Program-made: the position numbers and the translations under genes | Assembly (NCBI GenBank): GCA_965250085.1 | Contig: OZ252287.1 | Coordinates: 352,001 to 416,000 of the forward strand | Direction: 5' to 3' | From: Candidatus Altimarinota bacterium | GTDB taxonomy: Bacteria > Patescibacteriota > Gracilibacteria > CAIRYL01 | Length of the DNA: 64,000 bases | The notes under the pieces: generated by a model | Told to the model about the DNA's origin: nothing | The model's database searches: none | What the model saw: the letters and a program-made list of their open reading frames with translations, nothing else | Shown here: piece after piece, positions 18,503 through 27,668 of the stretch | How the letters are laid out: each line of letters starts with the position of its first letter | Numbering within the stretch: the first letter of the stretch is position 1

Positions 18503-19099
18503 ATGAGTAAAACAGTTGATGCTCCAGAGGGTATGATAGTAGAGAATCAAGAATCACTTGTTAAACATGATATAAGCACTACACAGGTTGTTTCTCAATC
18601 CATAAGGCAACATTTTAAAAAAGTAATTTCTCAATGTGATCGAAATGGTCTAGATCTTGTTACCCCTCCAACAGAGAAGCCTCAGAAGTCAGATTTTGAA
18701 AAAAAGTGTCGCAAACTAGATATTCTTTTATTTTCGAGTAGTATTGACACTGGTGATCCTTATTATACCCCTGCTCAATTTGCAGAATTTGCTGGCAGAG
18801 ATACAGAGGAAGTAGAGACTGCTGTGGATGTTCTTCAGGAAAAAATTGATACAGCGCGATCAGAAGTAGATCAGAATCTTGAAGCGTTTTTGGCAAATAT
18901 AGAAAATCCTGAGATGTTTCAGGATTTTTTGAAGAGCTTGGAAAAATTAACAGCACTCCATCTCCAAGACCCTCTACTGGATGGCTTTCGCGCATACCAT
19001 AATCAAGAGGGACGATATGATCGTTCAAATCGTCCTCGTGTTTTTGGTCCACCAGATATATCCCTTTCTACCAGAGGAGCAGGTCCAAAATATCCTTAA
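18503..19099 (+). CDS. Hypothetical protein
   Basis: 198 aa ORF filling the gap, with its own promoter-like region. Confidence 0.7.
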   Translation: MSKTVDAPEGMIVENQESLVKHDISTTQVVSQSIRQHFKKVISQCDRNGLDLVTPPTEKPQKSDFEKKCRKLDILLFSSSIDTGDPYYTPAQFAEFAGRDTEEVETAVDVLQEKIDTARSEVDQNLEAFLANIENPEMFQDFLKSLEKLTALHLQDPLLDGFRAYHNQEGRYDRSNRPRVFGPPDISLSTRGAGPKYP

Positions 19100-19686
19100 A
19101 ACTGATACGCTTTTTTACACATCTCCAAAAAATATTTATGGAGACAAATATCGGTCGTGAGTTCTGGATGAAAGGCACTGGCGAGCATGTTGTTTTGGCG
19201 AAGAAGAACCGGTGCTTCTTTGTATTTTGTCAAAATTTGAATATCATCTGAGTCCGCTTCCAGTCTTGGTGCACGAATAAAAACTGCTTCTATTGAACAC
19301 TTTTTTTGTTCATTAAATTGAATGTCCACCATATCAATAAAACTCTCCTGTTGCGCTCCATACCAGTTTCGATGAGCCGTAATATCCATAACCTCAAGGG
19401 TTTTTGGATTGTTTTTTCCCTGTATCTTTTTGGCAAGAAGAATAGCCCCCGCACATGTTCCCCACACCGGAAGACCTTCCATTATCTTCTTTTTGAGAGG
19501 ATCAAAAATACCGTACTGCTGTAGTAACTTTGACTGCGTAGTACTTTCTCCTCCCGGAAGAATAATTCCGGAAATATTTTCCAAATCTTCAGCCGATTTT
19601 ACCAACTGAACATCAGCACCAAGACTTTCTAACGCCTTCTGGTGCTCCTCCACTGACCCTTGAATAGCAAGAATACCTATTTTCAT
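19096..19686 (-). CDS. pdxT: PLP synthase glutaminase subunit
   Basis: GILAIQG, LPGGESTT, GTCAG, VFIRAP, FHPEL. Confidence 0.96.
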   Translation of the reverse strand: MKIGILAIQGSVEEHQKALESLGADVQLVKSAEDLENISGIILPGGESTTQSKLLQQYGIFDPLKKKIMEGLPVWGTCAGAILLAKKIQGKNNPKTLEVMDITAHRNWYGAQQESFIDMVDIQFNEQKKCSIEAVFIRAPRLEADSDDIQILTKYKEAPVLLRQNNMLASAFHPELTTDICLHKYFLEMCKKAYQF

Positions 19687-19719
19687 TCATAATTCGTAAT
19701 TGTTCATTCGTAATCTATT

Positions 19720-20589
19720 TTACCATCCCCTCTCTGCCATTTTCACCTTCAACTCATCAATTGCCTTTGAGTCCATTGGAGCTCCAAGATCTTCTGAAAC
19801 ACGAGCAAGAATATCTGGTGCATCATAATTCATCGTTGCCTCTACCACTGCTTTTGCCATTTTCTTTGGACTCTCGGATTTGAAGATCCCAGAACCGACA
19901 AATACACCATCACACCCCATTTGCATCATCATAGCGGCATCGGCAGGAGTTGCGATCCCTCCAGCAGCAAAATTGACTACCGGCAGTTTTCCCAATTGTT
20001 TTGTTTGTTTTGCCAAATCATATGACACTCTCATTTGCTCCGCTTGTTTTTTTACAACATCATCCTCCATATTTTTGAGTGCTTCAATTTCTGACAACAT
20101 CTGCTTCCAGTGTCGTACCGCTTCAATGATATTTCCTGTTCCCGCTTCGCCCTTGGTGCGAATCATGACCGCTCCTTCTTCAATACGTCTGAGTGCTTCA
20201 CCCAAATTGGTTGCTCCACAAACAAAAGGAGTCTTGAAGTTTTTTTTGACCACATGCTCTGCGGGATCCGCAGGAGTCAGCACTTCACTTTCATCAATAT
20301 AATCCACTCCGAGTGCTTCTAAGATCTGTGCCTCTACAAAATGCCCGATACGGACCTTTGCCATAACAGGAATAGAGACCGTCCCAATGATTTCCTTAAT
20401 CATTTTGGGATCACTCATACGAGAGACGCCGCCAGAAGCACGAATGTCAGACGGTACTCTTTCCAGTGCCATCACCGCCACAGCTCCCGCCTCTTCTGCA
20501 ATCTTTGCCTGATCTGCGCTGACCACATCCATGATTACTCCGCCCTTGAGCATCTGTGCAAGACCTTTTCCAAGTTTTTCCTGATTCAT
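19720..20589 (-). CDS. pdxS: PLP synthase lyase subunit
   Basis: [45 protein letters not shown]. Confidence 0.98.
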   Translation of the reverse strand: MNQEKLGKGLAQMLKGGVIMDVVSADQAKIAEEAGAVAVMALERVPSDIRASGGVSRMSDPKMIKEIIGTVSIPVMAKVRIGHFVEAQILEALGVDYIDESEVLTPADPAEHVVKKNFKTPFVCGATNLGEALRRIEEGAVMIRTKGEAGTGNIIEAVRHWKQMLSEIEALKNMEDDVVKKQAEQMRVSYDLAKQTKQLGKLPVVNFAAGGIATPADAAMMMQMGCDGVFVGSGIFKSESPKKMAKAVVEATMNYDAPDILARVSEDLGAPMDSKAIDELKVKMAERGW

Positions 20590-20645
20590 TGAAGCTGTAA
20601 AAAATAGGGCAAAAGTATATGAAAAAACAGAAGAGAAATCTAGGC

Positions 20646-21149
20646 TCAGTGGTGTTGAGCAACAAACCTTTCGGCAGAAACATCTTTTTCTACTGCATCT
20701 GCTAAAAAAGTTTTTCCGTTCATACAGACAAAAATTCCTGGAGAAAGTACTGACAACTGAGAAAGTGCATAGCCAAGATTGAAATCAGCGTCAGAATACC
20801 GCTCATTAAGGGGCGTCATAGAACCTGTTAATACGATAGTCTTATCTGTTCCTTTTACATTTTTTTGCAAGTATCGAGCAGTATCTGACATCGTGTATGT
20901 TCCATGGGTGACAAGTATTTTTGAATATTCGTCCTTTTCAATTATTTGAATCATCTTTTGCAAGTCTTTTAAATTAATATCTCTACTGTCTTTCATGCAA
21001 ATTTCAATAAACTCTAATTGCGTATAAAGTTTTAGTTTTTTTGAATAGTTTGGTATTGCAGATTCTGGCAGTGGAATGATATTTCCTGTTTTTTCATCGC
21101 GATGGGAATCAATAGTTCCGCCAGTGAGAAGAACAAGAATATCTTTCAT
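20646..21149 (-). CDS. Asparaginase-family protein, short N-terminal-domain type (start ATG 21149; the track's extension crosses tRNA-Leu)
   Basis: [34 protein letters not shown]. Confidence 0.88.
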   Translation of the reverse strand: MKDILVLLTGGTIDSHRDEKTGNIIPLPESAIPNYSKKLKLYTQLEFIEICMKDSRDINLKDLQKMIQIIEKDEYSKILVTHGTYTMSDTARYLQKNVKGTDKTIVLTGSMTPLNERYSDADFNLGYALSQLSVLSPGIFVCMNGKTFLADAVEKDVSAERFVAQHH

Positions 21150-21164
21150 CAATAAATATAAAAG

Positions 21165-21253
21165 TGGTGCCGAGGGCGGGACTTGAACCCGCACGAGATG
21201 TATATCCCAAAGGATTTTAAGTCCTTCGCGTCTACCAATTCCGCCACCTCGGC
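21165..21253 (-). tRNA. tRNA-Leu (TAA), encoded CCA
   Basis: GCCGAGGTGGCGGAATTGGTAGACGCGAAGGACTTAAAATCC...GGTTCAAGTCCCGCCCTCGGCACCA with a long variable arm. Confidence 0.96.
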
Positions 21254-21301
21254 AAGAAGACACGTCCAAGTATATATGAATTATTCGAAGTGAAAAGTCC
21301 T

Positions 21302-21433
21302 CCTTCGTCCCGTCTTGCGGGACTACGGCCACAGTATCTTCGGATGAGCCCTTCGATTCATTCCATTCACTCAGGACAGCATTTCGCTATTTCTCGCTTT
21401 CGGCTTGCCAGCCGTAGCTTGAAAGAGCGAAGG
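21302..21433. repeat. Inverted pair of CCTTCG-hairpin-CTACGG units directly after the tRNA-Cys 3' end, enclosing a CTTCGA..CTCAGGAC unit
   Basis: CCTTCGTCCCGTCTTGCGGGACTACGG (21302-21328) and CCGTAGCTTGAAAGAGCGAAGG (21412-21433, reverse orientation). Confidence 0.65.
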
Positions 21434-21434
21434 C

Positions 21435-21508
21435 TGGAGGCGACGGGCGGAGTCGAACCGCCGATAAAGGCTTTGCAGGCCCCTGCCTTACCACTTGGCC
21501 ACGTCGCC
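21435..21508 (-). tRNA. tRNA-Cys (GCA), encoded CCA
   Basis: GGCGACGTGGCCAAGTGGTAAGGCAGGGGCCTGCAAAGCCTTTATCGGCGGTTCGACTCCGCCCGTCGCCTCCA. Confidence 0.96.
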
Positions 21509-21586
21509 CCAAAAGGATTTTTTACTGTCCCCCTTCCTTCGACCATGAGCTCAGGACCGAATGGTGAAAAGGGGGATTGAGGGGGT

Positions 21587-22168
21587 TTACTCTTCAAGAT
21601 TGAATGAAGTCACGATCTGCTTGAGAAGATCTTTTTGTGCATTAGAGGCATCTGGAGGAGTTGCACTGCTGACGACATATCCCATGTCCTCCGTTGCGAG
21701 AAAAAGATGTTGCCATTCCAGAGTTGGTTCTTCAAGGGATGATTTTCCAGAAAATCGAATGTATTTGGCGTTGTGATCCCCTATTTTCATATTCGCATTT
21801 TCAATTTCTTCATATTGGACAATAGAATCTTTTGTTTTTTTTGATGCTGCTCCCGTATAGCGCCGAGCAGATGTCCCACTTGGAACGGCTTCACGAGCTA
21901 CAGAAACAGTAGCAAACATATCTCCTGCTCCCCAGGGCTCTACACTGCTAAACAGTAAAATAACACCTGGAGGAAGCTTGTCAGGAGAATCTTCTCTGGT
22001 GAGGATATCCCATTCCACCGGTTTTTCCAGCACGATACCACGAGTGCGTACTTCCTGGACTTCATCAGAAACATCTGTTGTCACTATTGACGTATCACCA
22101 TCACCTGAATGAAAACATCCCGCCAAAACAAAGAGTGCTGAAAAGAGTATGTGTCTAAAGCGTTTCAT
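21587..22168 (-). CDS. Putative lipoprotein, PsbP/DcrB-like (start ATG 22168)
   Basis: MKRFRHILFSALFVLAGC lipobox; PVEW motif; C-terminal IVTSF. Confidence 0.6.
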   Translation of the reverse strand: MKRFRHILFSALFVLAGCFHSGDGDTSIVTTDVSDEVQEVRTRGIVLEKPVEWDILTREDSPDKLPPGVILLFSSVEPWGAGDMFATVSVAREAVPSGTSARRYTGAASKKTKDSIVQYEEIENANMKIGDHNAKYIRFSGKSSLEEPTLEWQHLFLATEDMGYVVSSATPPDASNAQKDLLKQIVTSFNLEE

Positions 22169-22250
22169 AATTTCACAAAAAAAAGTAAGAAGATTCTGGC
22201 AAATTTTATGCGAAAGAGCAAGGAAAGGAGATTTTGGCATACAAAAATTT

Positions 22251-22326
22251 AAACCCCCTTCAATTCCCCCTTGTTAAGGGGGAAAGAAAAATATTCCTCC
22301 CTTGAAAAGGGAGGCTAGGTGGGTTT
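22251..22326. repeat. REP-like family A (CCC(C/T)CCTT-N4-AAGGG(G/A)G hairpin plus G-rich tail), inverted doublet
   Basis: Related copies at ~21528, 28977, 31336, 33981, 34942, 37421, 37508, 38696 (inside priA), 44965, 46106-46252, 57598 and 61379. Confidence 0.85.
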
Positions 22327-22337
22327 AGATTGGATTA

Positions 22338-22976
22338 TTATAAAAGCTCCAAAAACGACTGCACGACACAATCTGCTCCTTCAAAACGGTGATGCATGTT
22401 GCGATCAATTGCCACTACTGTCATCCCCGCATTTTTTCCTGATTGAATTCCTGTAGGTGAATCCTCAAAAACAAGGCATTTTGAAGGAGGAATATTCACC
22501 ATTTTAGATGCTTCCAGATACAAATCTCCTGCCGGTTTTCCACTGATATCAGGACCATTACAAAGAATATTTTGAAAGTACTGCTCCAGATCAAGCGCAT
22601 TCGTTGTGAGCTCAAGCTCCCACGCATGGCAATTGGTTACCAGTGCTCGCGGAACAGAATCATAATGATTAATAAATTTGAGAGCATCGTCATGAAATGA
22701 AACAGGTCGATCTGTTCTGAGCATTCGCTGTTTATTCTTTTGATAGAAAAGGTCGATAAAATCATCACCCTCATGAGGAAAACTCTCTCGTACAAAATTC
22801 TTGAGTCCATGTCCAGGGGGAATATGAATATCATCTTTCCCAAACTCTTTGGCGGTCTCATGCACACACATCACAAAGTGTTTATCGCTCCCTTCTATGA
22901 AGGTGCCATCAAGATCAAAGAAAAAAGCATCAAAATCTTTGATTTGTACAAGGGTATCACTCACAAATAGTATCAA
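22338..22976 (-). CDS. HAD-superfamily phosphatase (beta-PGM/YqaB-like); may start at GTG 22964
   Basis: FDLDGT, VTN, KPAGD, FEDSPTGIQSGKNAGM. Confidence 0.9.
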   Translation of the reverse strand: MILFVSDTLVQIKDFDAFFFDLDGTFIEGSDKHFVMCVHETAKEFGKDDIHIPPGHGLKNFVRESFPHEGDDFIDLFYQKNKQRMLRTDRPVSFHDDALKFINHYDSVPRALVTNCHAWELELTTNALDLEQYFQNILCNGPDISGKPAGDLYLEASKMVNIPPSKCLVFEDSPTGIQSGKNAGMTVVAIDRNMHHRFEGADCVVQSFLELL

Positions 22977-23051
22977 AATAAACGCCGCGATAGTGTAGCA
23001 TCATGCGGCAACAAAATGTAAAATCTTTTCGCGGATAATAGTTTTTATTGT

Positions 23052-23798
23052 ATGTCTCACAGAGATGATATCGTCTCCTTTGCAGAAAAACTTCTGAAGA
23101 ATTCAGAAGTGGAAGATGCATGGTGTGAAAATGGACTTCAGGTAGAGGGGAAGGAGGACGTCAGGCGCATTGCTCTTGGCGTTTCGTCTTCTGCTTCCTT
23201 TTTAAACGAAGCGGCTAAGTGGAGTGCCGATATGTGCCTGGTTCATCATGGGCTCTTTTGGAAAAAAGGAGCGACAAAAGTGACAGGAATTATGAAAAAG
23301 CGACTGGAAGTGCTTCTCAAAAATAATATTTCTCTGGTAAATTTTCATATCCCACTCGATGCGCACGAAGAGATTGGCAACAATGCTGCGATTATTGAGC
23401 TTCTGGAGCTCCAAAATCCTGAAGTAGTGAGTTGTGGATTTGTAGCAGAACTCAAAAAAGAAATGCTTTTTGCAGAATTTGTAGAGCAGGTCAAGAAGGC
23501 TATTGGACAGGTAAATTTTGCAGAAAATTTTTCTTTAAAACCGGTAAAGAAAGTGGCTGTCATCTCTGGTGGAGCCGCGAGTTTTGCGCCTTCAGTACTC
23601 AAAACCGGAGCTGATACCTTCCTCTTTGGCGAACTTTCAGAACATGACTATCATGACCTCAAAGATATGGAACTGAGTTTCATTGCTGCCGGACACTTTG
23701 CCACCGAACGATACGGAGTCCAGAGGCTGGGAGAACGCATTGCAAAAAAATTCCCTGATGTAGAAGTACAGTTTTTTGATGAAGATTGCCCAGTGTAA
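23052..23798 (+). CDS. Nif3-like dinuclear metal-centre hexameric protein
   Basis: NGLQVEG, VHHGLFW, HIPLDAH..GNN, GHFATE. Confidence 0.93.
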   Translation: MSHRDDIVSFAEKLLKNSEVEDAWCENGLQVEGKEDVRRIALGVSSSASFLNEAAKWSADMCLVHHGLFWKKGATKVTGIMKKRLEVLLKNNISLVNFHIPLDAHEEIGNNAAIIELLELQNPEVVSCGFVAELKKEMLFAEFVEQVKKAIGQVNFAENFSLKPVKKVAVISGGAASFAPSVLKTGADTFLFGELSEHDYHDLKDMELSFIAAGHFATERYGVQRLGERIAKKFPDVEVQFFDEDCPV

Positions 23799-23880
23799 AC
23801 AATTACGAATTACGAATGATCAGTTACAAATTAAGATTTATATGCATTCGTAATTCGTAACTCGTAATTTGTAATTCAAA
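23799..23880. repeat. Inverted pair of heptamer tandem arrays (ATTACGA / TTCGTAA)
   Basis: aattacgaattacgaat ... attcgtaattcgtaactcgtaatttgtaatt; similar arrays at ~19684, 26211, 27325, 48684-48760 and 49381-49424. Confidence 0.85.
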
Positions 23881-23886
23881 TAAACT

Positions 23887-24309
23887 ATGTCCCAAAAATC
23901 TTTTTACACCTTCGATCTTCCACAATTCGCAGATGAACGTGGACTCTTAGTACCTGCTGAGCTTGATGACACGTTTCCTTTTGAGGTCAAGCGTGTATAT
24001 TTCCTCAAAGATGTACCACCAGATACCACCCGTGGAGCGCATTGCCACTGTATAGAACAAGAAGTTTTTGTCTGTGTACAGGGGTCATGCCGAGCTCTGA
24101 TCGATGCTGATGGAAATGGGAAGAAGGAGTATGCATTAGATGATCCGACGAAGGCGATCTATGTGGGAACCAAAGTATGGCATGAGTTTGACTCTTTTTC
24201 CCAAGATGCTGTCCTCCTTGCTTTTTCTTCTACGCATTATATGCCGGGAAAGGAAAACTATGAGTCGGAGTATGAACGATTTTTAAGAACGATAAAAGAC
24301 TCCATTTAG
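23887..24309 (+). CDS. FdtA/QdtA-family cupin (dTDP-sugar 3,4-ketoisomerase)
   Basis: DERGLL, PFEVKRVYF, RGAHCH, WHEF. Confidence 0.9.
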   Translation: MSQKSFYTFDLPQFADERGLLVPAELDDTFPFEVKRVYFLKDVPPDTTRGAHCHCIEQEVFVCVQGSCRALIDADGNGKKEYALDDPTKAIYVGTKVWHEFDSFSQDAVLLAFSSTHYMPGKENYESEYERFLRTIKDSI

Positions 24310-25137
24310 CCCTATCGTAATACCACGTTTTTCCGCATCCTTTTCTTGTTGATGATGATATTTTTCCATATCCTGTTTTCTTGAAAAATAATGAGTTGAT
24401 GCCTCTTCAGCTATCCTTGTCAAACTATCATCCGATCCCTCCCGAACTTCAGCAAACAACTCTTTGTCACTTAGAGTCTTAAAAGGATCGATATACTTAA
24501 AGAGACATTCACGTCGTACCAATTCTTCAAATATAGCTGTCTCTTGTTCACCACTAAGCCTTGGATAAGTGAGGTCTTTAAGAGGTCCATCAGGATATAC
24601 ATGTCCATACTCTCCGAACTGAATGCATATCACAATATAGCTCAAAAAATTTTCATCAGCCAAGAGATCTTCAATCGGAGTTTTTAAATTGTACGGGTGC
24701 TCAATCTTCCGAGGTATTTTTTTACTGTAATGCCAAACATTCAGCCTGTGTCGGATCTTTCCCAGAACATCCGTAGGAGTAAAATCGTAAGTATTACGAA
24801 CACCTTCAGGGTCATTAGCAGAGGAGAGCAAATCGCCTGTTTGAATAATAACACCTTCTTCCAAGAGAGCCTCCAGAGCTTCTTTAATTTTCTTAAAATG
24901 TATTTCAATGCCCTCAGAATCTATGTCCAGATCTTTTATCTCGCGCAAAATCGAAATACCCAGAACCTTGTGAGGAGATGGTCTATATGGATCATTTCTA
25001 TCCCTTCTTTTTTTATCGTTTTTTATTCGTAATTTTGCAATAGAAGCGAGTACTAAATCTTTCATAGGTTCGAGATCCCCTCCATTTGAAGAAACTGATT
25101 CTGCGGATTGAGTATGAAGATCTGATCTATCGATCAT
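24283..25137 (-). CDS. Hypothetical protein
   Basis: 284 aa ORF; TTGACA upstream; S-rich leader. Confidence 0.7.
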   Translation of the reverse strand: MIDRSDLHTQSAESVSSNGGDLEPMKDLVLASIAKLRIKNDKKRRDRNDPYRPSPHKVLGISILREIKDLDIDSEGIEIHFKKIKEALEALLEEGVIIQTGDLLSSANDPEGVRNTYDFTPTDVLGKIRHRLNVWHYSKKIPRKIEHPYNLKTPIEDLLADENFLSYIVICIQFGEYGHVYPDGPLKDLTYPRLSGEQETAIFEELVRRECLFKYIDPFKTLSDKELFAEVREGSDDSLTRIAEEASTHYFSRKQDMEKYHHQQEKDAEKRGITIGLNGVFYRS

Positions 25138-25270
25138 ACAATATGATTAATGGTAACTGTATTTTGATGTTTTTTTAATATTTGTCAATATAAACCCTTT
25201 TAAAATATGTATTTTCTGCTTATAATCCCGCAGATCATGAATCAGGAATTTATAATCCATTATTGATTCT

Positions 25271-26203
25271 ATGAGCAAATACCTTTCTCCCAAACTCATC
25301 ATTGCCGAAGCGTGGGAACTCACCAGAGAGCACAAAAAGCAGCTCTTCTGGTATGGATTCATTCCCGCTTTTTTAGGGATGATTGTGGGAACTGTGTACG
25401 TCATTTACCAAATTGTTGCCTTTCGTCATGCGGTTTTACAAGAAAGAGACACCATAGAGTATGGAGAACTCTTTCAAGTGGCGTGGAATTTTCTCACCGC
25501 TGAAGGGACTCCAACGGGCACACTCATTATTCTTGCTATCATTGTATGTCTGGGATATATCACTGTCCCTGTTTTTTGCAAATCATCACTCATATTTTTG
25601 ATTAAAAAAATAAAAACAGGAGAAGATCTGGAAAAAGGAATACAGGTTGGATTTCTCCGATTTATGCCCATGTTTGAGTATGGAGCCCTTAAAAATTTCG
25701 CCTCACCCTTCAGTTTTTTTACTGAATCCTCTTTTGTTTTTCGAAGCTTAGGCCCCGGAATGTTTCGTCTTTTGCTACCAGTCTTTATAATTCTTGCTTT
25801 TTTTGGTCTCATTGCCCTGTTTTTCTTTGCCTATGTAGAACAAATCATAGTCCTCAAAAAAAAGGGAGTCATGGCCAGTATTGCCGATTCGAGCAAACTC
25901 GCCTTTAATTACTTTTCCGAAACCTTACGTCTGTTTCTTCTTATTCTGCTTATCGAACTGAGAGTATTTTTTAACATTGCCATTATTTTGCTCCTTCCTT
26001 TTACCGTATTTGGTATTATGAGCTTTTTTACTGCCATGAGTATTACCAAGGGAATTGGAGTAGCGGTGGCAGGAATTGTTGTCTTCGCCATGATTTCGGT
26101 CGCCTCCGCTATATATGGTACGTTAGAGATCTTCTCTACGGCTATCTGGACACTTGCTTTTGACAAATTTGCCACTCACGAAACAGAAGATACAGAACTA
26201 TAG
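25271..26203 (+). CDS. Multi-pass membrane protein of unknown function
   Basis: About 5-6 hydrophobic segments in 310 aa. Confidence 0.75.
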   Translation: MSKYLSPKLIIAEAWELTREHKKQLFWYGFIPAFLGMIVGTVYVIYQIVAFRHAVLQERDTIEYGELFQVAWNFLTAEGTPTGTLIILAIIVCLGYITVPVFCKSSLIFLIKKIKTGEDLEKGIQVGFLRFMPMFEYGALKNFASPFSFFTESSFVFRSLGPGMFRLLLPVFIILAFFGLIALFFFAYVEQIIVLKKKGVMASIADSSKLAFNYFSETLRLFLLILLIELRVFFNIAIILLLPFTVFGIMSFFTAMSITKGIGVAVAGIVVFAMISVASAIYGTLEIFSTAIWTLAFDKFATHETEDTEL

Positions 26204-26288
26204 TCAATGTTCAATTACGAATTACAAATGAACAGTGTTGTAATAACTTTCAACTTTATGAACTGTATAAGCTTTTAACTCGCCTCGC

Positions 26289-27668
26289 CTACGGCGCAGG
26301 CTCTATTTGGTGTGAGCGATAAATCTTTCGATACGTAACCGTTCCAGGAGGCCAACAGGTCATCAGAGTTCCAATTTTTTGATCTGTTGGTTGATTGAGT
26401 ACAGAAGTGTCTTCTGGTGGTACAATCCTCTCTTCAAAAATTTTATAGACATACTTTTTTTGATCGTAGTATACCGTGTACGTATCTCCCACCTCCAGTT
26501 TTCCGAGAAGTGCAAATACATCTTTATATTTTCCATTGTCCCAAAAGTAAAACGAGGAGTGACCTGTTAAGAAGAAATTGCCCACCTCTCCTGCCTCCGC
26601 CGTAGCCGGATAATGCACCACTCCATCTTTGAGTGCCAATTGAATCTTACTTTCAAGTCCTTCCCAATCTTCGTTCAGGAGTTCTTCATATCCTATTCCA
26701 GAAACAATAGGAACATTTCTTCCTATTTTTTCGATTATCAAGCGATTATCGAGAGGAGCCACGCTCAAAAAAGATTTGAGTTTTGGAGGAGGATCCTGTC
26801 GTTCTATCCCCGCGACAGGCAGGAGTGCCACTCTGTCGAGTCGAGGTTTTTGCTCCAAAGTTTGTCTCAACTCCTCAGATCGTTCTGCATTTTTTTCTGG
26901 GTGGAGGTAATCATCAAGGAGTATTGAATACGATTCAAAATTGAGCCCTGCGAATACCAGAAGAAAAATTGATGCACTGGTAAGAGCAAATTTAAAAATC
27001 TCTCCTGCGATCGATTTCTTTGAAGAATTTTCTTGTGGGAGATCTTCACTCTTCTTTGGTTTTTTGTGGGGAGAAACAGGTATGTGCATTTCTTGCTCTC
27101 CATTTGTATTTTGCAACTCATTGGAAATTGGCAATTGGAAATTGGCCTGCCCTGTCTTCGACTCTGAGGACTGAGTCCTCAAGCTCAGACTCGAACGAGA
27201 GCTTGCTTGCAGTGAGCTTGTCGAATCTGTCGAATGGGAAATTCCTTTAGATTCTTGCTCTGCATCTATCTCTTGTGATTCATTAGAAACTGTTCTGTTC
27301 CGTTCTTTATCCAGCTTTTTCGACTCATTCGTAGTTCGTAATTCGTAATTCGTAATTCCCTGAATTTCTACTTCTGAAGTGACGGGTTGATCATTCAGAG
27401 ATTCTATCTCTATCTGCTGTGCCTCTTCCTTTGGTGTCATTGGGATATGACCCATATCATACGTTTTTTCCTGATGCTCCAAAGCACTCTTTTCCTCAAA
27501 AACATGAGCCCTTCGAGAAAGTCTCCCTATTTCTGGAGAAACAACTGCTTCATCGCTTGGCAATCGTGTCGAGGCAGAAAGCTCAGTATCGCTGAGCCTG
27601 TTTTCACGAGCCCGAAGACTCAGTTCCATTTCATTGTTCTCCCTGTCTTGCATATCTTGATTTTTCAC
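26289..27668 (-). CDS. Sortase with a long disordered N-terminus containing repeat insertions
   Basis: TM segment, then RLIIEKIG, GVVHYP, GNFFLTGHSS, TLMTCWPPG..R catalytic motifs. Confidence 0.9.
   Translation of the reverse strand: MKNQDMQDRENNEMELSLRARENRLSDTELSASTRLPSDEAVVSPEIGRLSRRAHVFEEKSALEHQEKTYDMGHIPMTPKEEAQQIEIESLNDQPVTSEVEIQGITNYELRTTNESKKLDKERNRTVSNESQEIDAEQESKGISHSTDSTSSLQASSRSSLSLRTQSSESKTGQANFQLPISNELQNTNGEQEMHIPVSPHKKPKKSEDLPQENSSKKSIAGEIFKFALTSASIFLLVFAGLNFESYSILLDDYLHPEKNAERSEELRQTLEQKPRLDRVALLPVAGIERQDPPPKLKSFLSVAPLDNRLIIEKIGRNVPIVSGIGYEELLNEDWEGLESKIQLALKDGVVHYPATAEAGEVGNFFLTGHSSFYFWDNGKYKDVFALLGKLEVGDTYTVYYDQKKYVYKIFEERIVPPEDTSVLNQPTDQKIGTLMTCWPPGTVTYRKIYRSHQIEPAP
27121..27243. 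repeat. Nested composite repeat insertion inside the sortase CDS
   Basis: Heptamers TTGGAAA/TTGGCAA, then GGCCTGCCCTG[TCTTCGACTCTGAG..CTCAGACTCGAACGAG]AGCTTG[CTTGCAGTGAGCTTGTCGAATC]TGTCGAATGGG; the uninterrupted form is at 38896-38921. Confidence 0.8.

Noticed and set aside
18113-18533. DGR template/variable repeat pair
   Set aside because: Differences are not adenine-specific and include indels, the repeat covers promoter/start regions, and no reverse transcriptase is present
21150-21597. ORFs 21290-21580 and 21367-21597, and the N-terminal extension of asparaginase
   Set aside because: They overlap tRNA-Leu, tRNA-Cys and repeat hairpins
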